Virus record (IMG/VR): IMGVR_UViG_3300009703_004110
Span: 124,001 to 188,000 of that record
Length of the DNA: 64,000 nucleotides
Strand: one strand, 5' to 3'
Position numbers and translations under genes: made by a program. Of the stretch, positions 21,701-30,201 are shown one piece after another. Position 1 is the stretch's first letter; each line of letters opens with the position of its first letter. The notes below the pieces were generated by a model. The model ran no database searches. It was given only the letters and a program-made list of their open reading frames with translations, and was not told the DNA's origin.

Positions 21701-23009
21701 ATTGTGTCGTAGAACTTGCATCATAGAGATCTAATGTGGTTGTAGAGCTACCATCAACCGATAAGGTAATGAATCTATTTGTACTGGTAATTTCAGACGG
21801 CTTAACGCCACTAGAGACTATGGCGCATGAATCCGGATTAGCAACCTGCATAGATGTAGCAGAAGTTAAGGTAGCCTTTTCTCTAATGCCAAGAAGCATG
21901 CCTGGTGCATTTTGCGGCCTCTGTGGGTTTTTAGCAACCGTGAATAAAGTTGTAGATACATTAGAGCCATGTAAAAGTCCGTAGACTTCTACGCTCTCTA
22001 CGTCTTCTTCGTCATCAGACAGATTTATAATTGCAATGTAATATGTTCCTACATAAAGTTCATCAGTATCTGCAGTATCTTTTATAATTAAAAGGTCGCC
22101 TTTTTTCGGAGTAAAAGATTCTATTTCTATAGGGTCATTGAAGGTAACCTTGGTTAGACCATCTGACTCACCATCACTTGCTGAAAAAGACGCACCAACA
22201 TCTTCTGCGAAAATTAATCCAATCTCGTCATTTGTAGCATCTTTTAGAGATCCATTCCTCAAATATCCATTGGAATGATGTCTGTCTTGATGAAGAATTG
22301 TTTGTGTACTGGTCAAAAGAGCTGTTTCTTCTATTGCTTCTTGTACGTCATCAGAACTTAATAGACCACTTACTTCAGCGTCATTAAAGTATATTTGATT
22401 AGCGAGATGAGAATTATTTGAAGAACTTATGTCCGCACCCGTATAGTTAATATGTCTATCATGGATGTCTTCAAATGCCTGCTGTACATCTGTTGCCTCA
22501 ATGTCTAGGATACCCTCATCAGATCCTATAGCAGTTGTAGGGTCTGCTGAGATTGCGGTGGCAGCATGCCTGTTGATAGCCGAACTGTTTGTGTGAGCGG
22601 ATAATAGAGCAGAAACATTCTTAATCTGTTCTCCCAGAATATCTAACTCGCCACTGACAATTGATATCTCATCCTGTAAGACTTGTGTTGGAAAAGTAAG
22701 TCTTAGTTTGCTCTCAGCAATGGCTGCTACGCTGGATACGTCTGTATTGGTAATTGGCCCAGAAAGTACATTGGCCAAGGCAAGAGCCTCTTTTCTAATT
22801 TTTCCATTACCATCCAACGCGGCATTTAGTCTGTTTGCCACGGTATTGCCAGATGCGCCCTGAGGGTTAATTCCAAGGGCTCGTTCAATATTGAAAAGAG
22901 CAGAGCGTATGCTGTTAATAGCCTCTGATCCGATCTCTAAAATATCATCTCTAACCGCAGGAACTTCCTTAGATGTATCCAGTTTGCTTGGATAATTAGA
23001 TTTTGCCAT
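18711..23009 (-). CDS. Large virion fibre/spike protein A with C-terminal beta-helix-like domain (1432 aa)
   Basis: N-terminus MAKSNYPSKLDTSKE shared with its paralogue. Contains IHLKSGTHEV...VTITGEGDGTILK and IDNCKF / FSNN / VYGN repeats. Confidence 0.6.
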   Translation of the reverse strand: MAKSNYPSKLDTSKEVPAVRDDILEIGSEAINSIRSALFNIERALGINPQGASGNTVANRLNAALDGNGKIRKEALALANVLSGPITNTDVSSVAAIAESKLRLTFPTQVLQDEISIVSGELDILGEQIKNVSALLSAHTNSSAINRHAATAISADPTTAIGSDEGILDIEATDVQQAFEDIHDRHINYTGADISSSNNSHLANQIYFNDAEVSGLLSSDDVQEAIEETALLTSTQTILHQDRHHSNGYLRNGSLKDATNDEIGLIFAEDVGASFSASDGESDGLTKVTFNDPIEIESFTPKKGDLLIIKDTADTDELYVGTYYIAIINLSDDEEDVESVEVYGLLHGSNVSTTLFTVAKNPQRPQNAPGMLLGIREKATLTSATSMQVANPDSCAIVSSGVKPSEITSTNRFITLSVDGSSTTTLDLYDASSTTQSVDSIVKKINEQAVEGNFKFLAYRLELRDGGVEFAIVHNLPDTTDNQRTLMIGEGSDGALTTAGLSHLKDLDISAEVGSLYFIKGLPLSGLREKLNTTGLSYFAGTTSITIGSASVDFLKAGIKNGDLITISGAEEGTDDGSFVISDVTSTSLVIDTDQIPSGFAGSPGDDAVFEIYENIINLDDTVFDAVAGSIGATMMEVFIDENQNLFSNKRLEYGVEISGIDALISISDYEGPFAKDETLTLTIEDINSIVNISLDGGTKQRAIGSDSYIWIESGTDNRRLRVYIPNAATLLSKIVANGTITTTVYAFDGINEDSVLMLGRVPFGNYRGRIVGGVDPDNPRVFSPVQRGSVGWDDLRTDAIHKGTERPINELRSDGVTYGLQVTSPVINDGLYSITVGSGTCYVRGRRFEIPSTVTIETDIESATVDKFYVAINSEGEILAEPAEASTCDNPFADDDSVILATVEYDQTTVRVYDLRLFISDLDLTLLNSITVSPDYRLAHFDSVTQALKYAERFSDMFPLAGTPTIHLKSGTHEVTVKKDESTRTYDEWETDFVADPDVIYDSLYTAVYDQGLLIDFPVTITGEGDGTILKIRTEYTFSDQVASFRGIIFIPGDKFATITAPNSTFSSGFIKLSDFRMDNCRVSCVDLNVEDDTGTPFTFGVEIKNVTFDFDAAFTTVNLDDLIGRRGVSITELDDKTTNKGNIVIDNCKFIDSYVIFTTASRIQNFRFSNNVLYSNDTGYLLHNNVVSFDDANDGSNIEVYGNYIADNHEVSDSATAPTLVQSIDGISARTESNQYIGGFVESTDFIKADLYKYNTARNAIKYAHVDQLPDVAMGEPTPGSAFSTFNNGSREVKTILLDGTNTTDFVQMRLPDILNGQTLTQLAIHFYSEIIAGSGEFGNHDYEIFSEDLDLTQSSEASSSANPMTIGIHPNGALGFNVVDLSGLSISGSDYKYFYIKFNRQAVSSFKEHVAYISYVVETTTVEGIGGFD

Positions 23010-23010
23010 C

Positions 23011-23460
23011 TTAGTTGGTCTCCATACTATCGCCTATCTTATCTCCCAGATAAATAGCGCCTCCAGTTACTGCTACTCCCAAAACAAACCATCCAACATT
23101 TTCGAGAGTATTAAACTTTTCTCGTCTTTCAAGCTTATCAACCCTATCTTGATAAAGTTCTCCAAGCTCTTGCCATTCGCCTAACTGAGCGTCCTTGACA
23201 ACCAAAAGGTCTTCCAGGGTGGCAATCTCTCTTTCTTGTATCTCGGTAAGCTGCTTGAAAGCCTCTGCCTTTCTTTCTATAACCTCTAATGTCTCTATCC
23301 TAACTCTTAATGCATCCGCTTCTTCTACCGTAAAGACTACAGATTCCTCTTCGATAACGTCACCTGGATGCATTATTTCAGAGGCATGTGCAACTGGAGC
23401 AAGTATCAAAGATATTGCAATAAGCATCGCAAAGAAAATTTGAGTTATTTTATGTAACAT
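23011..23460 (-). CDS. Secreted coiled-coil protein with C-terminal TM helix (spanin-like candidate)
   Basis: Signal peptide ending AHA, long coiled coil, C-terminal GWFVLGVAVTGGAIYLG. Confidence 0.5.
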   Translation of the reverse strand: MLHKITQIFFAMLIAISLILAPVAHASEIMHPGDVIEEESVVFTVEEADALRVRIETLEVIERKAEAFKQLTEIQEREIATLEDLLVVKDAQLGEWQELGELYQDRVDKLERREKFNTLENVGWFVLGVAVTGGAIYLGDKIGDSMETN

Positions 23461-23689
23461 TCTCCACCTCTACAACGTCCATCTCAACTTCAGGAAATTC
23501 AAACTTATCAGAATTAATCATAGATTCAAGCTGGAATACGTCTATAGGTATTGTCTGATCTAGTGATTGTGCAGAAGTGGCACGAGCATCTTGATCATCA
23601 GAATACTTTAATATTGTACTCGCAATCCTTTTATTTATACTTGGAAACTCTGAAGAAGCCTTTATTAGATTTACTAGGTTATATTCCAT
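23450..23689 (-). CDS. Hypothetical protein
   Basis: 79 aa, overlapping both neighbours. Carries LIKAS/ILKYS motifs like the head proteins. Confidence 0.55.
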   Translation of the reverse strand: MEYNLVNLIKASSEFPSINKRIASTILKYSDDQDARATSAQSLDQTIPIDVFQLESMINSDKFEFPEVEMDVVEVENVT

Positions 23690-24018
23690 TAAAATCCTCG
23701 TGAATCAAAAAAGGAGTCAAGCTCTTCCACTGACATCTCGCGACCTATCTCAACCTCTTGAGCCTCAATTACATCAATCTTTCTAAGAATTGCCCCTTTT
23801 TGTTCCCGCAAAACTTCTAACTTTTTCTCCCTTGCCTTAGCATCTTTTTCTAAATGTGCTAGTTCAGATTCGTGAGTTACACGGGCTAATTCAAATTTAA
23901 GCTTATCCTTAGCTAAGAACTTACGTTTTGCTGTCATGAATAATAACATGCCTATAAACATTCCAATTAAGCCAACAGCAATCTTGAATTTTATATTTAA
24001 CTTTTTAAACCATTCCAT
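23689..24018 (-). CDS. Membrane protein: N-terminal TM plus coiled coil (i-spanin-like candidate)
   Basis: IAVGLIGMFIGMLLFMTA followed by a charged coiled coil. Confidence 0.5.
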   Translation of the reverse strand: MEWFKKLNIKFKIAVGLIGMFIGMLLFMTAKRKFLAKDKLKFELARVTHESELAHLEKDAKAREKKLEVLREQKGAILRKIDVIEAQEVEIGREMSVEELDSFFDSRGF

Positions 24019-24353
24019 TATCTTTCTCCAGTTGGCTCAAAATCATCTGGCACATCTACGGAGCCATCACCTTGTTGAACGATAATAGTTGTATTTCCGG
24101 TCTCAGGTGGTGGGTCCGTTTCGTCGGTAGAATAAGCGGCCGTTGTCCAACGTCTACCAACGTAAGCTGATAATGTTGGCGCTAAGAATGCCGCCATAGT
24201 ACCTGAGTCCATCGCAACAAAAGTAAAGCTAACTCCAGCTACAGTAAGTGTTCCTAAAGTTGCCAGAATAACATTAAATACCACGACTGCAAATGCAATC
24301 AAGGCAATAGTCAACATTGCATCAGGCCTTCCTTTTGTATTCTTAATCCACAT
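24018..24353 (-). CDS. Holin-like membrane protein
   Basis: 111 aa with 2-3 hydrophobic segments and an acidic C-terminal tail. Confidence 0.45.
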   Translation of the reverse strand: MWIKNTKGRPDAMLTIALIAFAVVVFNVILATLGTLTVAGVSFTFVAMDSGTMAAFLAPTLSAYVGRRWTTAAYSTDETDPPPETGNTTIIVQQGDGSVDVPDDFEPTGER

Positions 24354-24366
24354 TTTTTATTCTCCA

Positions 24367-26355
24367 TTATATTGTCCAACCAAATGTATAGACTATATCA
24401 GTTTTGTCAAGTCTTTTAAGCTCGATTCTTTGCCTTGTAAAGTGTCTAAAGACTATCTTCTCTCTACTGACTTTTAGCACTTCATAAATATATTCCTGAT
24501 CGTCTGTAAAATCAAATCTAACAATTAAGTCTCTATCTTTAATTGCCGGGATTGGCACAGTCCAAGCTGATGGTTCAAAATCTTGCTCCAAATGCTCTGC
24601 AGCACCTAGCTTTAAGTCTTCAACTGCATCTGCAAAGGAAATAATAACTCGCTTATCCTCTCGTCTGAGATTTGAATATTGACTATATCCACCAACATAT
24701 CCTGTGCCAAAGCACTCCTTACAGCTTTTAACCTTTGGATGCATTCTCCTTGAACCCATGCAGCTACAGATTTGGCCATCCCAAATTCTTCTAAGTAGAA
24801 CAATAGGTTCACCAACCTGGTCCAGAAGCACCTCTTCTCTGCCAATAAGCCTATCCCAAAGATTAAATCCTCTAAACCCATTATACTCACCACCAAGATA
24901 AGTTCCACAGTCATCTACGCCATTTAATGTATGTTGAGGAAGCGGCCTGTGATATCCACAAAAATCATAGCCCTGAAAGAACTTCTGATCATTATCACCA
25001 TAGTCTGTAACAACTAGTCCGGTATTATCGACTTCACGCTGAAGATCATATCCGTCATGGAAAGTTGGCGTAGCCATAATAATAACAGTATTTTGATCTC
25101 TGCAGTTAGTAAAAAACTTTACTTCGTCTCCAACGACATAGACACCAGCGGTAGTGCCTAATAAACCTCTGCCACCAGAAGGCACTAAGAACGAAGAGTT
25201 CTCTTCTGAAACTGAGTTATATCCTATAATCTCTGTTCCAATTATCAGGTTTCCTTTGGCTCCAAATCCATCTACTGAATCAACATAGATAACCGAATCT
25301 GTATCAAAAATTGATTGTGATACTGCTGTTGCAGACGGGAACTCCCAAAATCCATCAGAAATCTCCACCATCCCGGTAAAGTCTAATGCATCCTTATGGG
25401 TCTCCATAGCTCTTGCCGCAAAAGACAAAGTTAGGCCTGGGGTTAAGCCGGTAATAGTAGCCGATAGTATATCTGCTCTGGCTATATAAGACGGCTCAGA
25501 ATCAAAAATATCAAGCCTCTTCTCGTTCATATAAATCAAAACATAGACATCGCTCTTATACGCTCTTTTGGCTGGTACGTTCCATTCCAAAAGAAGGGAG
25601 TCACCAGAGCCGCAACTTGAAACTTTTTGCATTCCCTGAAAGAATCCAACGAATCCTGTTTGTGGAAAAACTTCGGGAAGTGTAGCGACCCTCTGCTTAA
25701 CAGTAAAGGGGATCTCGCCAGTAGCTTTGCCGCCATTCTCATCGGAAACGGCCCAGTTGATTTTATAATCACCATTCTTAAGAGGCTCATCCGGATCGAT
25801 CTTGACTACTACGGTATCGCTGTCTTCAAAGATTCCTGATTCAGCTCCGTTAGGGCTGCTTTCGAATGCTCCATTAACAACATAATCTAGGCCGCCTATG
25901 CTAATTTGAATTGAACTTAAGTCAATATCATCCAGCAAGTCCTCAAACTCTAATGTAATTAATTGGGGATTTACAATGACGCCGTTCGCTACAGGATTTG
26001 ACTCAACTAGTACCGGCTCTTCTAAGATAGCTCTATAGACATAAGTACGATTAAAATATCCACCGTCCATATCTTGAACTTGGATTTTTATAAATACTTG
26101 GGTACCCTTTGGAAAGTCTGACTCTGGATCGATTACAACATTGAAATTTTCGCCATCCTGATTTATCTCAGAGTTAAGGCCGTCAAAGCCGGTTTTAAAG
26201 TCTACTCCAACCACCGCCCGGTTGCCACGCACCTCCACAATAAGCGTAGATATATCTATGCCCGTGCCGTCGTCCAGTATGGTAAACTCTATATCGGCAT
26301 CAAGTGCGACTTGTTTTTCGCCCTCTGATGGTGATAATCCTGATATTGAAAACAT
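24367..26355 (-). CDS. Neck/head-closure protein with N-terminal Ig-like/FN3 domains
   Basis: Ig-like repeats (SPSEGEKQVALDADIEFTI; SNPVANG) and FN3-like ITGLTPGLTLSFAARA. C-terminal GEPIVLLRR...CSC...CKECFGTGYVGGY...IKDRDLIV is a head-closure pattern. Confidence 0.55.
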   Translation of the reverse strand: MFSISGLSPSEGEKQVALDADIEFTILDDGTGIDISTLIVEVRGNRAVVGVDFKTGFDGLNSEINQDGENFNVVIDPESDFPKGTQVFIKIQVQDMDGGYFNRTYVYRAILEEPVLVESNPVANGVIVNPQLITLEFEDLLDDIDLSSIQISIGGLDYVVNGAFESSPNGAESGIFEDSDTVVVKIDPDEPLKNGDYKINWAVSDENGGKATGEIPFTVKQRVATLPEVFPQTGFVGFFQGMQKVSSCGSGDSLLLEWNVPAKRAYKSDVYVLIYMNEKRLDIFDSEPSYIARADILSATITGLTPGLTLSFAARAMETHKDALDFTGMVEISDGFWEFPSATAVSQSIFDTDSVIYVDSVDGFGAKGNLIIGTEIIGYNSVSEENSSFLVPSGGRGLLGTTAGVYVVGDEVKFFTNCRDQNTVIIMATPTFHDGYDLQREVDNTGLVVTDYGDNDQKFFQGYDFCGYHRPLPQHTLNGVDDCGTYLGGEYNGFRGFNLWDRLIGREEVLLDQVGEPIVLLRRIWDGQICSCMGSRRMHPKVKSCKECFGTGYVGGYSQYSNLRREDKRVIISFADAVEDLKLGAAEHLEQDFEPSAWTVPIPAIKDRDLIVRFDFTDDQEYIYEVLKVSREKIVFRHFTRQRIELKRLDKTDIVYTFGWTI

Positions 26356-26404
26356 GCGTGTATCTCCACTAAAAATGAATTCTATTAATAGAGAAGTCTA
26401 TAGC

Positions 26405-26932
26405 TTAGTTTCTTAACAGCTCATCAATTTTTTCTTTTTTGTCGCCATCACTGACCTCATGATACTCGACAAGTTCGACAACGTATTTGTGGGCAGACTC
26501 CTCACCCTCGACTTCCTTCTGATATTCTATTTGATTTTGAAATGCTTCAAGTTCGTCATCTCTATCTAAGTAATCATCATCTGCATATGGATCCTCTTCT
26601 ATGTGCTCACGATTCATATGTTGCAAAGCATGGGTTAATTCATGAACTGCATATCTCATTATAACTTCAAATGATTCAGATAGAAGATTTTCATTTAAAT
26701 AAATTTTAGAGTCTATCGTCTTGGCAGAAACGTCAAGTTCTGAAAACTCAATAGAGATTCCATCAAGGATTTCTATCGGATATCCTAATTCTTCAAATAG
26801 ACTGTGAACAACAGGCAGAGATGCAAGCTCTCTTTTAACCTGCGCTAGCAATCTTGCTTTGTCTTTTAGTTCCACTTCTTCTTTTGATGTTATTATGATC
26901 ATCTTTTGTGATTGCCTCTTTTGTCTCATCAA
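26405..26932 (-). CDS. Zinc metallopeptidase-like protein (HEXXH); start uncertain
   Basis: YAVHELTHALQH with downstream DELEAF. Confidence 0.65.
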   Translation of the reverse strand: MMRQKRQSQKMIIITSKEEVELKDKARLLAQVKRELASLPVVHSLFEELGYPIEILDGISIEFSELDVSAKTIDSKIYLNENLLSESFEVIMRYAVHELTHALQHMNREHIEEDPYADDDYLDRDDELEAFQNQIEYQKEVEGEESAHKYVVELVEYHEVSDGDKKEKIDELLRN

Positions 26933-27071
26933 GTGACTTTATTAAGTTACTTACATTATACTGTAATATGGCTTGTAGTTCCAAGCATTCGGCGACAAGT
27001 TCTTTTAAGTTCTTATCGCGGCCTTCATCATTATCACGAAGACCTAAGGTCTGCTGAAAGGATTCTATCAT
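26835..27071 (-). CDS. Hypothetical protein
   Basis: 78 aa, ATGA-coupled to the upstream gene. Confidence 0.5.
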   Translation of the reverse strand: MIESFQQTLGLRDNDEGRDKNLKELVAECLELQAILQYNVSNLIKSLDETKEAITKDDHNNIKRRSGTKRQSKIASAG

Positions 27072-27658
27072 TGTTCAATCTCCACTGGTCTAATAGTTGA
27101 TCTAATTTTTTCAAGAGCAATGGTTAGATCAATCAGAGTTTTATTATAATTTGTTAAAATTTCTTTTAACTCATCTACACGTCCTTCATTTAGTTTAGAA
27201 AGTTCTTTACTATGCTCCACCAATATAATTGCATCACGCTGCATTGTATCAGCCAATTCTTTGATGCCTTCATACAAAGAGCGCTTGACATACCATATTG
27301 GAGCACCATCCTGATCCTTAACATTATGCCAATCCCAAAGATCTTTAACTAACTCACCAATATGTTGCATAGAATTATGCATCATGTCGGCAGTCTTTTC
27401 GTGCTCAATATGACTTGTGTGCCCGTTCGATATATTATTTTCAATAGTTATAACCCTATCAGATACGGCTTCTAAATCTTTAGAGAGCGCATCAATTTTT
27501 TCAATGAGTATATCAACAGATTTTTGATCAGGTTTTTTATCCGCCTTTTTAGACAGATCTTTTCCCTTTCCAGTCCACCATATATACACTAACGACAATA
27601 GAAACAAAAGGCCGAAGATGCCTCCCTTTTCTAAAAGGAAGGCTATAATTAAGTCCAT
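27068..27658 (-). CDS. Membrane-anchored coiled-coil protein
   Basis: N-terminal TM GGIFGLLFLLSLVYIWW followed by coiled coil. Confidence 0.55.
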   Translation of the reverse strand: MDLIIAFLLEKGGIFGLLFLLSLVYIWWTGKGKDLSKKADKKPDQKSVDILIEKIDALSKDLEAVSDRVITIENNISNGHTSHIEHEKTADMMHNSMQHIGELVKDLWDWHNVKDQDGAPIWYVKRSLYEGIKELADTMQRDAIILVEHSKELSKLNEGRVDELKEILTNYNKTLIDLTIALEKIRSTIRPVEIEQ

Positions 27659-27659
27659 A

Positions 27660-28583
27660 TTATATAACCCTCCTCGCCCTCAAGTGCCTAAGCCTAGTGA
27701 AGGCCGGCGCACCAGAAGTAAGATTCGTATAAGTACCATAGCCACGCGGACCAGGACGAATGCTATTCTTCATAAACTTTAGTCTTTCGCGATAAGAGGT
27801 AAGCCAATTATTGTAATTTGCCTGAAGAAAGTCGCCAAGCCGAGGAGGCTGATAACTAATTCCACCATCTGATATAGTGAAGTCTCTTCCTTTTTCTACT
27901 AGAGCCTGAGAGGCCATAGCGTAAATCATAGCGCCCTCTACTACGGCAGATGAGAATAGAGTCTTGATAATCTCATCAGCGAAGGTGTATGCTGTAAAGA
28001 ATGGTATCATATTAAATTCTGACAAAGCCATGCATAGAAAGCACACTAAGACTTCATCATCGAAAACATTACATTGTTCAGTTAATATCTCACCATATCC
28101 ATCTGTAACAAAAGCACCAAACTCATCACGAACAGGCTTAACACCTGTTGAACTAAGTCTTGACTTCAATAACTTAAGTAATAAGTTTAGAGTGGCAAGT
28201 TCTTCTTGAGTAAAATCAAAGACAACGTCATCACCAAGTGTGACCTGGCCGGGACCAGTATCTGCGGTCAGCACATCATCCGGACTTACTACCACGAAAG
28301 AGAAAGTGGCGTCAAATGGGGCCGTCTCTATTTCGGCCTCCCAGGTGTCCGCCCACTCGCCTTCTTCTGCAAATGACCCTACGGTATAGGAGTATTTGTA
28401 AAGGCCGGTGCTAACCCTGCTAACACCGGTAGAAGTGGACGCAACAAAGACGGAGCCGTTTGGATCAGCAATTTCAATCGCAGGTGTGCTATCGGCATCT
28501 ACTTCGTTGCCATCAGCATCATAAAACTGAATTTGGAGGACAAGTTCTTGTCCTTTTACTGCTGAGTCTCTGTCGTTTGCCAT
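27660..28583 (-). CDS. Head-tail adaptor (neck) protein with N-terminal Ig-like domain
   Basis: Ig-like STGLYKYSY...GEWADTW, then adaptor-like ALSEFNMIP...DFTISDGGISY. Confidence 0.55.
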   Translation of the reverse strand: MANDRDSAVKGQELVLQIQFYDADGNEVDADSTPAIEIADPNGSVFVASTSTGVSRVSTGLYKYSYTVGSFAEEGEWADTWEAEIETAPFDATFSFVVVSPDDVLTADTGPGQVTLGDDVVFDFTQEELATLNLLLKLLKSRLSSTGVKPVRDEFGAFVTDGYGEILTEQCNVFDDEVLVCFLCMALSEFNMIPFFTAYTFADEIIKTLFSSAVVEGAMIYAMASQALVEKGRDFTISDGGISYQPPRLGDFLQANYNNWLTSYRERLKFMKNSIRPGPRGYGTYTNLTSGAPAFTRLRHLRARRVI

Positions 28584-28595
28584 TGACTACTCTCC

Positions 28596-28820
28596 CTACT
28601 TTGTATAAAGAAGCTTCTTTATTAATCTAACTTGACTATCAAATTTAGAAAATTCTGAGTTTATATACTCCAAAGATAAAGATGCGGCTACAGCATCGGG
28701 GTCGCTCAAAATAAATTCAAATTTGCCACCCGGAAGCTTAACTGCTTTCTTTATATCAAGACCTCTCATCGACAAAAATGCAGCAAGAGAAAGATCAGAT
28801 GTAACATAACAATTATCCAT
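28596..28820 (-). CDS. DUF5659-like small protein
   Basis: YVTSDLSLAAFLSMRG...KFEFIL pattern. Confidence 0.55.
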   Translation of the reverse strand: MDNCYVTSDLSLAAFLSMRGLDIKKAVKLPGGKFEFILSDPDAVAASLSLEYINSEFSKFDSQVRLIKKLLYTK

Positions 28821-28853
28821 AGTTGACTCACTTATCGATAATTAATTAATAGA

Positions 28854-29312
28854 TTACTTTTTACGATGAGCGGCACACAAAGTGCCCTTTTTCGGAGCTT
28901 GACGTTTACATCGCTGACCATTAGTCTTTACAAATAAACATCTTTTAAACTCAGGAGGCGCCTTAACCTCTTCATAATCTTCCATTACAACCGGATTAAA
29001 CTTTGGTTCAGACTCTTCCTCCATCACTATAAATCCATGAGATTCGTCCTTTTTCTCTGTAATGTTTGTAACATCACCTGAGGTAGTAGTACCATAAATT
29101 GCGGCGCGCCTCTCCTGCTCGTTGGAGGCCTCTAACTCATCTAAATCTTTTTGAAACTCAAAGAAGCTTTCATACGCCACATCATATTCATCTGCATCAT
29201 CTGGAACATGGTGCTCTCCACGTCGTCCAATATCATGAGGAGATGGGGCTTTACGAATTGGCGTACCTTTAATTAGATGACTTCTTTTCTTCAGCTTGCT
29301 CTTTAGCATCAT
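28854..29312 (-). CDS. Hypothetical protein with C-terminal C3H Zn-finger
   Basis: RCLFVKTNGQRCKRQAPKKGTLCAAH. Start moved to 29312, which follows a GAGGAGG RBS. Confidence 0.6.
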   Translation of the reverse strand: MMLKSKLKKRSHLIKGTPIRKAPSPHDIGRRGEHHVPDDADEYDVAYESFFEFQKDLDELEASNEQERRAAIYGTTTSGDVTNITEKKDESHGFIVMEEESEPKFNPVVMEDYEEVKAPPEFKRCLFVKTNGQRCKRQAPKKGTLCAAHRKK

Positions 29313-29922
29313 CTTCCTCCTCAAAATACCTTGACAGAATCTCTTCTAAGGCGTCATGGATCTCATCCTCTAAATCCTCTGCCTCTTCTTTGTCTAGCTC
29401 TAGATCGAATGGCAGGTTTACCCTTGCGCCGACTTCATTATCCTTTATGAAGATATTAAAATGAGGGTCCGGAGTTTTGCACTCAGTATCTTCGTCATTA
29501 GTAGTGTGAAGAACTTCCTTCATCTGTTCGGCCATGTCATGAACCCTGTCAGATGCGTCGGGAAGCTCTAAAAGTTTAAGAGCAATCGCGAGTTTGGTAA
29601 GGTCACTAAAGAGAGAAGACTTCTTTTTCTTCTTCTTCTTCTTCTTTTTATCTTTCCACTTGACCTTCTTTTCCCACTTCTTAACTTTCTTTTTTGTTTC
29701 CTCTTTGTCAGTGGAAACGTGAGATTCTTCTAGATTTTTGTTTTGGTTCAATACGCCCCATGCCTTTGCATAAGCTCTCGCATCGCTTTCGCCAGCATCC
29801 TTAGCGCCCTCAAAGACAGCCATAAATTGGCGGTACTCTTTGGCGCCAGCACCTGGATGACGCTTCTTGACTTTCTTTTTAATATCAGCAGGAACTGATT
29901 TTTTCTTTGCCGTAATCAGCAT
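29269..29922 (-). CDS. ChaB-like protein with poly-Lys tract and acidic C-terminus
   Basis: VPADIKKKV...RQFMAVFEGAKDAGESDARAYAKAWGVL matches the ChaB pattern. A run of ten Lys follows. Confidence 0.6.
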   Translation of the reverse strand: MLITAKKKSVPADIKKKVKKRHPGAGAKEYRQFMAVFEGAKDAGESDARAYAKAWGVLNQNKNLEESHVSTDKEETKKKVKKWEKKVKWKDKKKKKKKKKKSSLFSDLTKLAIALKLLELPDASDRVHDMAEQMKEVLHTTNDEDTECKTPDPHFNIFIKDNEVGARVNLPFDLELDKEEAEDLEDEIHDALEEILSRYFEEEDDAKEQAEEKKSSN

Positions 29923-29935
29923 CTTAAAACTCCAT

Positions 29936-29970
29936 TAAAAAAGCCGCAGATCTAATGGGATCTGCAGCTT
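29936..29970 (-). terminator. Intrinsic terminator closing the accessory island
   Basis: RNA AAGCUGCAGAUC-loop-GAUCUGCGGCUU plus U-run. The G-U pair favours the minus orientation. Confidence 0.7.
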
Positions 29971-30072
29971 TAAGACTTTCCCATCTAATTAGGAGCGTCA
30001 ATATTAATATAGTTTAATCACATATGCGCGCGCGCGGCTCTAACTACATTATCTAGTTCAATTTTTTTCCAT

Positions 30073-30174
30073 TTATTCCTCGCATTCACACCTGACGCAA
30101 TCACAGCAGCTAGTAACACAAACGCACTCTCTGCAGATTGCACATAGCTCGCAACATTCACATTTATTTTCCAT
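30073..30174 (-). CDS. 33-aa Cys-rich metallothionein-like peptide
   Basis: AGGAGG RBS 5 nt before ATG. Reads MENKCECCELCAICRECVCVTSCCDCVRCECEE (12 Cys). Confidence 0.7.
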   Translation of the reverse strand: MENKCECCELCAICRECVCVTSCCDCVRCECEE

Positions 30175-30201
30175 AATAACCTCCTATAAAGTAGCTAATT
30201 A

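Noticed and set aside
16030-28110. Recurring DGY tripeptide in several virion proteins
   Set aside because: Too short, and it also occurs in non-virion proteins such as the primase; not distinguishable from chance by eye.
30024-30036. Alternating (GC)n run TGCGCGCGCGCGG in an AT-rich intergenic region
   Set aside because: Single short occurrence; a Z-DNA or hairpin role cannot be supported.
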